From NCBI GenBank assembly GCA_965652295.1, contig CBFGTS010000014.1:45794-109793 (forward strand): DNA of 64,000 nt. The letters are read 5' to 3'. The stretch's first letter is position 1, and each line of letters begins with the position of its first letter. Below the pieces are notes generated by a model, which was not told where the DNA came from, ran no database searches, and saw only the letters and a list, made by a program, of their open reading frames with translations. This document shows positions 18,407 to 26,802 of this stretch, piece by piece. The stretch is from an uncultured Haloferula sp. (GTDB lineage Bacteria; Verrucomicrobiota; Verrucomicrobiia; Verrucomicrobiales; Akkermansiaceae). The translations under genes and the position numbers were made by a program.

Positions 18407-19465
18407 TCATATCCGAGGATGCGACCGGGACCCGACCAGCCGCCCGCGCATCATCACGTCCGGTCCGAGACGTTCGAACGCCACCTCATCGAGCTTCGCC
18501 CCGTTCGGAAAGCCCAGGCCTTCCAGCGAGGGGACGCTTCCGCCGCATAGCAGGGGTGCCATGAAAACCACGACTTCATCGATGAGGCCGGCGTCCATCC
18601 ATCGCCCCGCCATCCGCCCGCCGCATTCCAGCAGAACGGCGTTCACCCCGCGATCCGCCGCCAGAGATCGGAGAAGCGCCTCCGGCTCGCCGGCCGGGAC
18701 GACCAGGGTGCGATGCCGGTTCCCGTCGGCAAAAATCGGGGCATCGGCCGGCAGTGAATCGGGCCGCTCGGAAACCACCACCCGCCAGGGTATTTCGCGT
18801 CCCTTCAGGTACTGCGGATCTCGTAGATCGAGCCGCGGCAGGTCGGCGCGGACGGTCGCCCCACTGGTCACCACCGCATCGGACTCCGCCCTGAGTTGCT
18901 GGACCTTGGTCCGCGCGGCGGCACCGGTCAGCCACATGCCCTCGCCCGGCGGACGGGTGAGGCGGGCGTCCAGGCTCATCGCGGTTTTCCACACCACCCA
19001 CGGCAGCCCCCGCGTCACCACCTTGCCGAAAGGCCGGATCAGCCTTTCACCCTCGGCGGCAAGCACACCGCGCGTCACGGCGATCCCGGCGTTTTCCAGC
19101 AGCCGGTCGGCCCGCCCGGCGTGGTCCGGGTTCGGATCAGTGGCAGCATAGACCACCCGGGCGACGCCTGCCTCGATGAGACCGTCGACACACGGCGGCG
19201 TGCGCCCGTGAGTGGAGCAGGGCTCCAGGGTGACATAGATCGTCGCTCCCCGGACCGCCTCCGCGCCAAGCCGGCTGCGGGCATCCGCCAGCGCTTCTCT
19301 TTCGGCATGCGGAAGCCCGGCGCGGCGATGCCAACCGGCCCCGATTTCCTGCCCCTCGCGCACGATCACCGCACCGACCGCCGGGTTGGGTGCCGTCCTG
19401 CCGATTCCTTTCCGCGCCTCGTCCAGAGCGCGCCGCATCCAGTGCTCGTCCGCTTCCACGCCCAT
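18407..19465 (-). CDS. ribD: Riboflavin biosynthesis bifunctional deaminase/reductase
   Basis: PNPAVGAVIV, HAE, VTLEPCSTHGRTPPC, AMSLDA, LLECGG motifs. Confidence 0.95.
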   Translation of the reverse strand: MGVEADEHWMRRALDEARKGIGRTAPNPAVGAVIVREGQEIGAGWHRRAGLPHAEREALADARSRLGAEAVRGATIYVTLEPCSTHGRTPPCVDGLIEAGVARVVYAATDPNPDHAGRADRLLENAGIAVTRGVLAAEGERLIRPFGKVVTRGLPWVVWKTAMSLDARLTRPPGEGMWLTGAAARTKVQQLRAESDAVVTSGATVRADLPRLDLRDPQYLKGREIPWRVVVSERPDSLPADAPIFADGNRHRTLVVPAGEPEALLRSLAADRGVNAVLLECGGRMAGRWMDAGLIDEVVVFMAPLLCGGSVPSLEGLGFPNGAKLDEVAFERLGPDVMMRGRLVGSRSHPRI

Positions 19466-19591
19466 GAAATGACGCCTGGGCCGGCTTCCGGCAACTCCGG
19501 GATTGAACCCATCCGCCATCGTGTGCATGGTTCCCTATACTCGGATTCCTGGTTTTTCCGGGTTTCATCATCCAACACCGCCACCGAACCC

Positions 19592-20122
19592 ATGAAATCG
19601 AAGTTGCTCGCTGCCATCCTCGCCCTCGCCGCCTTGCCGGTTGCCGCCGATGAGGCCAACGACGCCTACACCCGCGGGATGCAGGCTTTGAAAAACAACG
19701 ACGTCGATGCCGCGCAGACCGCTTTCACCGAAACCCTGCGCCTGCGTCCCGACCACCCCTACGCCCGCTACCAGCTCGGCCTGCTCAAGCAGCAGGGCCT
19801 GCAACTCCGCGCCAGAAAGAAGGAAGCCGCGCTGGCGAGCATCCGGCTGCCGGAGGTGAACTTCGAGGAAGCTCCGTTCGCCGAGGCGGTGGCCGCGTTG
19901 AACTCGATGATCGAAACCGAATCGGCCAAATCCCTCGGCGCGGAGAACGCGATCGTGCCAAACCTCAACGTGCAGGACTCCACCGGGCAGCTCGGCCAGA
20001 AGGAGGTCACCCTGCAACTGAAGAACGTGCCCGCGAACACCGTCCTGAAATACCTGCTCGAACAGGTCGGGGCGAAGATCCGCTACGATGAGCATGCGAC
20101 GGTGATCATGCCCGCCGGCTGA
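19592..20122 (+). CDS. Exported protein with TPR and STN-like domains
   Basis: Signal peptide MKSKLLAAILALAALPVAA; TPR-like pair; 'VTLQLKNVPANTVLKYL' STN-like motif. Confidence 0.65.
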   Translation: MKSKLLAAILALAALPVAADEANDAYTRGMQALKNNDVDAAQTAFTETLRLRPDHPYARYQLGLLKQQGLQLRARKKEAALASIRLPEVNFEEAPFAEAVAALNSMIETESAKSLGAENAIVPNLNVQDSTGQLGQKEVTLQLKNVPANTVLKYLLEQVGAKIRYDEHATVIMPAG

Positions 20123-20171
20123 CGCACCCGCGCGCTTGCCAGACGCGCCCTCCGCTCCAAGCTGGTCCCGG

Positions 20172-20819
20172 ATGGAGCGCGTCTGCATCACCGGTGGCAA
20201 GGGCCACCTCGCCCAAGCCATCGCCGCCGCCTTTTCCGCCGGCGGCGATGAAGTGCATGCCCCCGAGCGCGACGAGCTGGACGTGACCTCGGCCGCTTCG
20301 GTCGAGGCGTATTTCAAAAGCCTGCCGCCGCCCGACCTGCTCGTCCTCAACGCCGGCACCGCGGAGAACCGGTTGCTGGCCCGCTGCCATGAAGATTCCT
20401 GGGATCTTCAGATGGACGTGAACCTCCACGGAGCCTTCCGCTGCGCCCGAGCTGCAGCAAAGCGGATGCTCAATGTCCGCCGCGGCCACCTCGTCTTCAT
20501 CTCGAGCCACGCCGCAGCCCATCCGGCCTTCGGGCAGAGCGCCTATGGTGCCTCCAAAGCCGCACTTCACGGCCTCGCGCTTTCGCTCGCCCGCGAACTC
20601 GGGGCCGCCGGCATCCGCGTCAATGTCGTCCTGCCCGGGTTTCTCGCCACCCCCATGACCGCAGACATCTCCGGGCCGCGGCTCGATCAGGTCCTCGCCG
20701 ACCACGTCCTCGGCCACATCAATACCCCGGAAGCCGTCGCCCGTTTCCTCGTCACCCTGCACCGCGATCTCGCCCACACCTCCGGCCAGATCTTCCAGCT
20801 CGATTCCCGACCGGGTTGA
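20172..20819 (+). CDS. SDR-family oxidoreductase (FabG-like)
   Basis: ITGGKGHL, LVLNAG, YGASK, VNVVLPG motifs. Confidence 0.9.
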   Translation: MERVCITGGKGHLAQAIAAAFSAGGDEVHAPERDELDVTSAASVEAYFKSLPPPDLLVLNAGTAENRLLARCHEDSWDLQMDVNLHGAFRCARAAAKRMLNVRRGHLVFISSHAAAHPAFGQSAYGASKAALHGLALSLARELGAAGIRVNVVLPGFLATPMTADISGPRLDQVLADHVLGHINTPEAVARFLVTLHRDLAHTSGQIFQLDSRPG

Positions 20820-20868
20820 CCGAAATGGCGCATTGACCGCAACCCGCCATTCCATAACCTCCCGGCTC

Positions 20869-21159
20869 ATGAAAACCCTCCTGCCCGTCCTTTTGCTCGC
20901 GCTGGCCCACGTGTCATGCAGCACCGCCACCCGCTCCGTGCAGACCGCTGGCAGGACCGTGAACGCGGCCAACCGCACCGTGGCGCGGTCCGGCGAGATC
21001 TCCCGCAACACGATGGACACCGCCAACCGCACCCGGGCCTATCCTTCCCGCACCTATGGCACCGTCCAGCGGACCTACGCCAATGCCCCGGCCACAGCCA
21101 CCCGGACCCAAGGCACCCTCAGCCGTCTTTACGACGCCATCACCCGCAGCTTCCGCTGA
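20869..21159 (+). CDS. Small hypothetical lipoprotein
   Basis: Signal peptide ending VSC; Thr/Arg-rich; TTGACC...CATAAC promoter-like sequence upstream. Confidence 0.55.
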   Translation: MKTLLPVLLLALAHVSCSTATRSVQTAGRTVNAANRTVARSGEISRNTMDTANRTRAYPSRTYGTVQRTYANAPATATRTQGTLSRLYDAITRSFR

Positions 21160-21166
21160 TCCCCGG

Positions 21167-21574
21167 CTAACCGGAAACCACCCGCCCGCCTCCGGGCGCG
21201 GGCTCGATCCTCAACCAGCGCGTCTCCGGCGGCATCACTTCCGGAAAGCGATCGGCCCATTCCGCCACCACCACCCCGCCCTGGTCCAGCAGCTCGTCCC
21301 AGCCGATCGCCAGCAACTCGTCGGCCGAGCCGAGCCGGTAGAAGTCCAGATGCGCCAGCGGCAGCCGCCCTCCCGGATACTCGTGCAGCAGCGCGAAAGT
21401 CGGACTCGTCGCCTCCGCCCCGCACCCCAGGCCCTCCGCCAGCCCCTTGGTCAGATGCGTTTTTCCCGCCCCCAGTCCGCCCACCAACGCGAGAATCTCA
21501 CCCCCGCACAATCCGGAGGCGATCTCGCGGCCCAGCGCCACCATCGCGGCGGCATCGGCGACATGTCGTTCCAT
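21167..21574 (-). CDS. tsaE: tRNA threonylcarbamoyladenosine biosynthesis ATPase
   Basis: GGLGAGKT, TSPTF, HLDFYRL, AEWADR. Confidence 0.93.
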   Translation of the reverse strand: MERHVADAAAMVALGREIASGLCGGEILALVGGLGAGKTHLTKGLAEGLGCGAEATSPTFALLHEYPGGRLPLAHLDFYRLGSADELLAIGWDELLDQGGVVVAEWADRFPEVMPPETRWLRIEPAPGGGRVVSG

Positions 21575-21708
21575 CCCCCGGAAAAAACCCGCAGGAGAAC
21601 CCGCGTCGAACCCAAAAAATTCCCTTGCCGCGCAGAAAAGCCTGTGCTGTCCTCCCCGCCCGCCCGCGGACCCCGCGGGTCTTCCCACCTCGAACTTTTC
21701 CTACGGCC

Positions 21709-22017
21709 ATGGCCTACGCAGTGATCAAAACCGGCGGCAAGCAATACCGCGTCAAAGAAGGCGACCAACTCGACGTCGAGAATCTCAACCTCGACGAGGG
21801 CACCAAGCTTGAGTTCGCCCCGCTCCTCGTAGGCGAAGGCGGCGATGTGCAGATCGGCGCGCCGGTCGTGGACGGTGCCACCGTCACCGCCACCGTGCTC
21901 GGCAACCTCCGTGGCCCCAAGGGCATCGCGTTCAAGTTCAAGCGCCGCAAGGGCTTCCACAAGACCAAGGGCTTCCGCCGCGCGCTCACCAAGATCGAGA
22001 TCAACTCCATCGGTTGA
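21709..22017 (+). CDS. rplU: 50S ribosomal protein L21
   Basis: [15 protein letters not shown]. Confidence 0.97.
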   Translation: MAYAVIKTGGKQYRVKEGDQLDVENLNLDEGTKLEFAPLLVGEGGDVQIGAPVVDGATVTATVLGNLRGPKGIAFKFKRRKGFHKTKGFRRALTKIEINSIG

Positions 22018-22052
22018 TCCCCAGACACTGAAACTCCCAACCTTCCCGATTC

Positions 22053-22313
22053 ATGGCCCATAAAAAAGGACAAGGCTCCGTCAAGAACGGACGCGACTCG
22101 CGTTCCAAGCGCCTCGGCGTGAAGAAATTCGGTGGTGAGGCCGTCATTCCCGGCAACATCATTCTCCGCCAGCGCGGCACCAAGTGGCACCCCGGCAAGA
22201 ACGTCTTCATGGGCAAGGATTACACCATCCATGCCGGCATCGAAGGCCGCGTCTTCTTTGACCGCGACGGCCGCCGCGTGAACGTCCAGCCGCTCGAAGT
22301 CGCCGCCAACTAA
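22053..22313 (+). CDS. rpmA: 50S ribosomal protein L27
   Basis: [16 protein letters not shown]. Confidence 0.98.
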   Translation: MAHKKGQGSVKNGRDSRSKRLGVKKFGGEAVIPGNIILRQRGTKWHPGKNVFMGKDYTIHAGIEGRVFFDRDGRRVNVQPLEVAAN

Positions 22314-22339
22314 GGCGCTTCTCTGGTTTTCTCTTTTCC

Positions 22340-22373
22340 AAAGCCGCCTACCCTTCCGGGTCGGCGGCTTTTT
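22340..22373 (+). terminator. Intrinsic terminator after rpmA (possibly bidirectional)
   Basis: AAAGCCGCC...GGCGGCTTTTT hairpin between convergent genes. Confidence 0.8.
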
Positions 22374-22409
22374 CATGCCTAGCCGCGGCACCAACCACGG
22401 CCACCTTCC

Positions 22410-23135
22410 TCAAGCAAGCCAGGCGAGGAATTCGCGGTTGCCATCGGTGCCGGTGATCGGGGAATCGATCACAGCCTTCCACTCGCGACCTTGCCCGGCG
22501 ATGAAGGCGCGGATTTTGTCCACCGCCCGGTCATGGAGTTCCGGGTCACGCACGATGCCGCCCTTTCCGATGTCCTCCCGCTCCAGCTCGAACTGCGGCT
22601 TGATGAGCGCGATCACGCTCCCTCCGTCACGCAGCACCCCGAAGGCAGCCGGCAGAATCTTGGTGAGGGAGATGAAAGACACGTCGATCACGATGAGATC
22701 GACTTGCTCGCCCAGGTCGGCCTCGATCAGCCCACGGGCGTTGAATTTCTCCTTCACCACCACTCTGGGGTCGGTGCGGATTTTCCAAGCGAGCTGATTG
22801 GTGCCCACATCAATAGCATGGACCCGTGCCGCACCGTGCTGGAGCAGGCAATCGGTGAAACCCCCGGTGGAAGCGCCGATATCGAGGCAGACGAGCCCCT
22901 CCGGGTTCACACCAAAGACACCCAGTGCCCCCTCCATTTTCAGCCCGCCGCGGCCGACGTAGCGCGGCTTTTCCTTCAACTCGAGGGGAGCGTCGTCCGG
23001 CAGTTTCGCGCTCGGCTTGTCGATGATCCGGTCTCCGCTGCGAACCTCCCCGGCCAGCACCAGGCGCTTGGCCTGCTCGCGGGTCTCGCAGAGGCCGCGG
23101 GCAACCAGCAGGACATCGACGCGCTCCTTCGGCAT
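22410..23135 (-). CDS. tlyA: TlyA-family rRNA 2'-O-methyltransferase
   Basis: S4-like N-terminus, LDIGASTGGFTDCLLQ, IDVSFISL, LIKPQFE, GNREFL. Confidence 0.95.
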   Translation of the reverse strand: MPKERVDVLLVARGLCETREQAKRLVLAGEVRSGDRIIDKPSAKLPDDAPLELKEKPRYVGRGGLKMEGALGVFGVNPEGLVCLDIGASTGGFTDCLLQHGAARVHAIDVGTNQLAWKIRTDPRVVVKEKFNARGLIEADLGEQVDLIVIDVSFISLTKILPAAFGVLRDGGSVIALIKPQFELEREDIGKGGIVRDPELHDRAVDKIRAFIAGQGREWKAVIDSPITGTDGNREFLAWLA

Positions 23136-23338
23136 GGGGAAAATCTAGCCGCCCGCCCGCAGCCGCTAGCAAGGCAAACCTCGCTGCGAGCTCGATATTT
23201 CAGGTGTAGCGCCAGGTTTGTGGAGGCGCGCTTTCTCGCCCATGGGTCCTATAGGACGCATAGGACCTATTCCCCTGGCCCGATCGCCTCACCACTTGCT
23301 ACTTGCTCCCCCGAACTTCGTCCTTTTCTCTCCCCCGC

Positions 23339-24403
23339 GTGACGCAGCACCGCACCGACGACCTCCGCATCTCCGGATTGAACCCGCTCATCTCCCCCGC
23401 GGTGCTGAACTACTTTCTCCCGGTCACCGAGGAAATCTCCGAGGTCGTCGCCGCCTCCCGCAACGAGGCCGATGCGATCCTCAAAGGCCGCGATGACCGG
23501 CTGCTGGTCGTCATCGGGCCCTGCTCGATCCACGACCCGAAGGCGGCGATCGAGTACGGCGAACGCCTCAAGCCTCTGATCGAGCGCTACAAGGACGACT
23601 TGCAGATCATCATGCGGGTCTATTTCGAAAAGCCGCGGACCACGGTCGGCTGGAAGGGGCTGATCAACGATCCCCACCTCGACGACTCGTTCGACATCAA
23701 CCACGGCCTGAAGGTTGCGCGCGGCCTGCTGATCGATCTGGCGAACATGGGCATCCCCGCCGGAACCGAGTTTCTCGACACCATCTCACCCCAATACATC
23801 GCCGACCTCATCGCCTGGGGCGCGATCGGGGCGCGGACGACGGAAAGCCAGGTCCACCGCGAACTCGCCTCGGGGCTTTCCATGCCGGTGGGCTTCAAAA
23901 ACGGCACCGGCGGCTCGATCCAGCTCGCGCTGGACGCGATCCAGTCAGCCTCGCGCCCGCACCATTTTCTCTCGGTCACGAAGCAGGGCGTGTCGGCCAT
24001 CGTTTCCACCACCGGGAACGACTCGTGCCACATCATCCTGCGGGGCGGAAAATCAGGGCCGAACTACGAAAAGAAGGAGGTCGATGAAGTCCTCGTCATG
24101 CTAGGCGAGCAAGGACTGCCTCCGCACGTGATGGTCGATTGCTCACACGGCAACTCGCGCAAGGATTTCCGCAACCAGCCGCTGGTGGCGCAGAACCTCG
24201 CCAACCAGATCGCGGCGGGCTCCCGGGCCGTCGCCGCGGTGATGGTCGAATCGAACCTCGTCGAGGGAAACCAAAAGCTGGTTTCCGACCTCGACCAAAT
24301 GACCTACGGCCAGTCCGTCACCGACGCCTGCATCGGCTGGGACGACACCCTGGAGGTGCTGGAGACCTTCGCCCAGGCCGTCAGGAAACGCCGCGAGGGC
24401 TGA
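23339..24403 (+). CDS. aroG: 3-deoxy-7-phosphoheptulonate (DAHP) synthase, class I-alpha
   Basis: GPCSIHD, RVYFEKPRTTVGWKGLI, GARTTESQVHRE, DCSHGNS; GTG start assumed; isoenzyme assignment (aroF/G/H) uncertain. Confidence 0.92.
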   Translation: MTQHRTDDLRISGLNPLISPAVLNYFLPVTEEISEVVAASRNEADAILKGRDDRLLVVIGPCSIHDPKAAIEYGERLKPLIERYKDDLQIIMRVYFEKPRTTVGWKGLINDPHLDDSFDINHGLKVARGLLIDLANMGIPAGTEFLDTISPQYIADLIAWGAIGARTTESQVHRELASGLSMPVGFKNGTGGSIQLALDAIQSASRPHHFLSVTKQGVSAIVSTTGNDSCHIILRGGKSGPNYEKKEVDEVLVMLGEQGLPPHVMVDCSHGNSRKDFRNQPLVAQNLANQIAAGSRAVAAVMVESNLVEGNQKLVSDLDQMTYGQSVTDACIGWDDTLEVLETFAQAVRKRREG

Positions 24404-24580
24404 TCAGGAGCGCAGCGTGCGCACCGGGATCGGATCGCCGAGCTTCACCTCGGTGGTGCGGGATTTGCGGATTTGATCGCCCACGCTTTTGAGAGCGGCG
24501 ATCAGGTAGGCATTCAGAAAATACTCTTTGAGAAGCAACTGGCGGGTTTCGCCATCGGGCTTTTTGCGAACAACTTTCAT
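24404..24580 (-). CDS. Small hypothetical protein, 58 aa (below the ORF track cut-off)
   Basis: ATG 24580 to TGA 24404: MKVVRKKPDGETRQLLLKEYFLNAYLIAALKSVGDQIRKSRTTEVKLGDPIPVRTLRS; fills the intergenic gap exactly. Confidence 0.55.
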   Translation of the reverse strand: MKVVRKKPDGETRQLLLKEYFLNAYLIAALKSVGDQIRKSRTTEVKLGDPIPVRTLRS

Positions 24581-24639
24581 GGGGATCTTGCAATTTTGAA
24601 CCTAACGGTGGGACGGACGCCCCACGCGCCTCACTCCTC

Positions 24640-24656
24640 CGCACGCAACGGGCCAA
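24640..24656 (-). promoter_or_regulatory. Possible sigma54 -24/-12 promoter for the 58-aa ORF
   Basis: TTGGCCCGTTGCGTGCG with GG-N10-GC spacing. Confidence 0.4.
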
Positions 24657-24688
24657 ATGCAAATGGAACCGGGGTGGTGATGACACAT

Positions 24689-25240
24689 TCACACCCGCCG
24701 CTTGCGCGGCTTCGGCGGTGTGAAGTCCACCTTCTTCGGATCAAAAGCCTCAGGGTCATAGCCCGGCTGGTCCCACGCGATTTCGCCCGCGGAAGCCTGC
24801 ATGTATTGGAACGCCCCGCCGAAATCCTCCGGCGGGCATGCGCGCTCCCCGCCCAGAATGACCGGCGCGGAGTCGTGCGTCGCCCGTTTCTCGATGACCA
24901 GCTCGTGGATCCACTCCTCGGCGAAATCGTAGCGATAGAGAAGGCGCAACGGTAGCCGGCGGCGGCCGACGTAATCCGCCAGCGTCAACTGGGCTTCGTC
25001 CTGAAACTCGCCTCCGGGCGGCACCTGATCGGCCAGCCCGACCGGACCGATCACGTCGACGAGGCGCTTGCCCTTGCCGTGGCGGAACTCGTGCGGGTGC
25101 TTGTTTTCCCAACCCAGCGCGGCCTGGATGGCATCGTGCACCTGGGCAAAAGTGAAGTCCGCCGGCACCGCGAGGCGTCGCCAGATTTTCGGCGTGATCT
25201 GATAGAGAAACACGTGCAGCTCGAAGCAATCAGTGGCCAT
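24689..25240 (-). CDS. Plasmid pRiA4b ORF-3 family protein
   Basis: IWRRLAVP, IQAALGW...H.HEF, YRYDF..EW.H, GERACPPED.GG. Confidence 0.88.
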   Translation of the reverse strand: MATDCFELHVFLYQITPKIWRRLAVPADFTFAQVHDAIQAALGWENKHPHEFRHGKGKRLVDVIGPVGLADQVPPGGEFQDEAQLTLADYVGRRRLPLRLLYRYDFAEEWIHELVIEKRATHDSAPVILGGERACPPEDFGGAFQYMQASAGEIAWDQPGYDPEAFDPKKVDFTPPKPRKRRV

Positions 25241-25348
25241 GCGCGAGGTTAGAATCGCCGCGCCATCCCGCGCAATCCCTGAAAGTCTGTGTGTTGCACA
25301 CGCAATCCACCTTCGACATTTTTCCGCGCACCTCCATTCTCCGCGCCC

Positions 25349-26719
25349 ATGCATTTCCGCAGCCTTTGCCGCCACGCCGAAATCGGCGCGAATTCCTACG
25401 TCCTCGATGCCGGAGGTGCCCGCGTCGTGCTCGACGCCGGCATGCACCCGAAGCACGAGGGATACGAAGCCATCCCCCACTACGAAACGCTGGAGGAATG
25501 CAGCGTCGATGCCGCCGTGATCACCCACGCGCACCTCGACCACATCGGCTCACTGCCGGTCCTGCTATCGGACCAGCCGAAAGCCCGGGTGTTTTTCTCC
25601 CCCGCCGCCGCCGACCTCGGCTTCGCCATGCTGCACAATTCGGTGAACGTCATGCAGTCGAAACGCACCGAGCTGGGCATCATCGACTACCCGTTGTTTT
25701 CCCACCGCCAGCTGGACGAAATCGAGCGCACGATCCAAACACGGGCCACCGAGCGTCCCTTCGATCTCGATGAAGCAGGCGTGTTCCGCGCGACCTTCCA
25801 CGACGCCGGCCACGTGCTCGGCTCGGTGGCGGTGACGCTGAAGACAGCCGACCACACGCTGCTTTACACGGGCGACGTGAATTTCGAGAAATCCACTCTG
25901 ATCAAGGGCGCGCTGCTGCCCGAGGAGCCGGTCGACACCCTGATCATCGAGACCACCCGCGGAGACAGCCCACGCCCCGAAAGCTACACCCGCGAGGACG
26001 AGGAGCGGCGCTTCTGCGACACCATCGCGGACACCCTGAAGAACGGCGGCGCGGTCCTCATCCCGGTCTTCGCCATGGGCAAGACGCAGGAGGTGCTGAC
26101 CATGTTGCACCGCTTCAAACAGCGCGGCTGGATTTCCAAGCGGACCCCGATCGTCATCGGCGGTCTCTCCACCAAGATGACCGTCATTTACGACCGCTAT
26201 GCCAACGGCCTCACCCGCCGCAGCGACGACGATTTCAAGATCCTCAAGGACATGGACCTGCGGGCCGGAACACGACGCCGCAAGGCAGCCATCGTGCCCG
26301 AGCCCGGCACCATCTTCTGCCTTTCCAGCGGCATGATGTCCGAGAACACGGTTTCGAACGCTTTCGCCCGCTCGGGTTTCCTGGAGAACAAGAAGAACGC
26401 GCTGCTATTCGTGGGCTACGCCGATCCCGCCTCACCTGCCGGACATATCCGCGCCGCCTCGCCAGGGGAAAAAATCGTTCTCGATCCCGCCCATCAGCCC
26501 AGCCGATTGGAAGCCAGGGTGGAGGTCTTCGATTTCTCCGGCCACGCCACCCGCGACGATCTGCTGGACTACATCCTCAAGGTGAAGCCGAAGCGCACCT
26601 TCCTCGTCCACGGCGACCGCCCGGCCAGCGAGTGGTTCGCCCGCCAACTCGCGGAAAAACTCCCGTCCACCGAAGCGATCATCCCCGAACCGGGAGTGGA
26701 CTACGATCTGTTGGCCTGA
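25349..26719 (+). CDS. Metallo-beta-lactamase fold beta-CASP ribonuclease
   Basis: THAHLDHIG, AGHVLGS, YTGD, FSGHA, LVHGD. Confidence 0.9.
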   Translation: MHFRSLCRHAEIGANSYVLDAGGARVVLDAGMHPKHEGYEAIPHYETLEECSVDAAVITHAHLDHIGSLPVLLSDQPKARVFFSPAAADLGFAMLHNSVNVMQSKRTELGIIDYPLFSHRQLDEIERTIQTRATERPFDLDEAGVFRATFHDAGHVLGSVAVTLKTADHTLLYTGDVNFEKSTLIKGALLPEEPVDTLIIETTRGDSPRPESYTREDEERRFCDTIADTLKNGGAVLIPVFAMGKTQEVLTMLHRFKQRGWISKRTPIVIGGLSTKMTVIYDRYANGLTRRSDDDFKILKDMDLRAGTRRRKAAIVPEPGTIFCLSSGMMSENTVSNAFARSGFLENKKNALLFVGYADPASPAGHIRAASPGEKIVLDPAHQPSRLEARVEVFDFSGHATRDDLLDYILKVKPKRTFLVHGDRPASEWFARQLAEKLPSTEAIIPEPGVDYDLLA

Positions 26720-26802
26720 CGCCAAGCCGCGGATTTCCCCACTCCTTGCGGCCTTCTTCCGATTGCCGGAAGCCGCTCGCCGCTCCATGATGCCGGAGAC
26801 CT

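Noticed and set aside
24689..25240. pRiA4b ORF-3 gene as evidence of an integrated plasmid
   Set aside because: The family is common on chromosomes; host-like composition and no rep, mob or integrase genes
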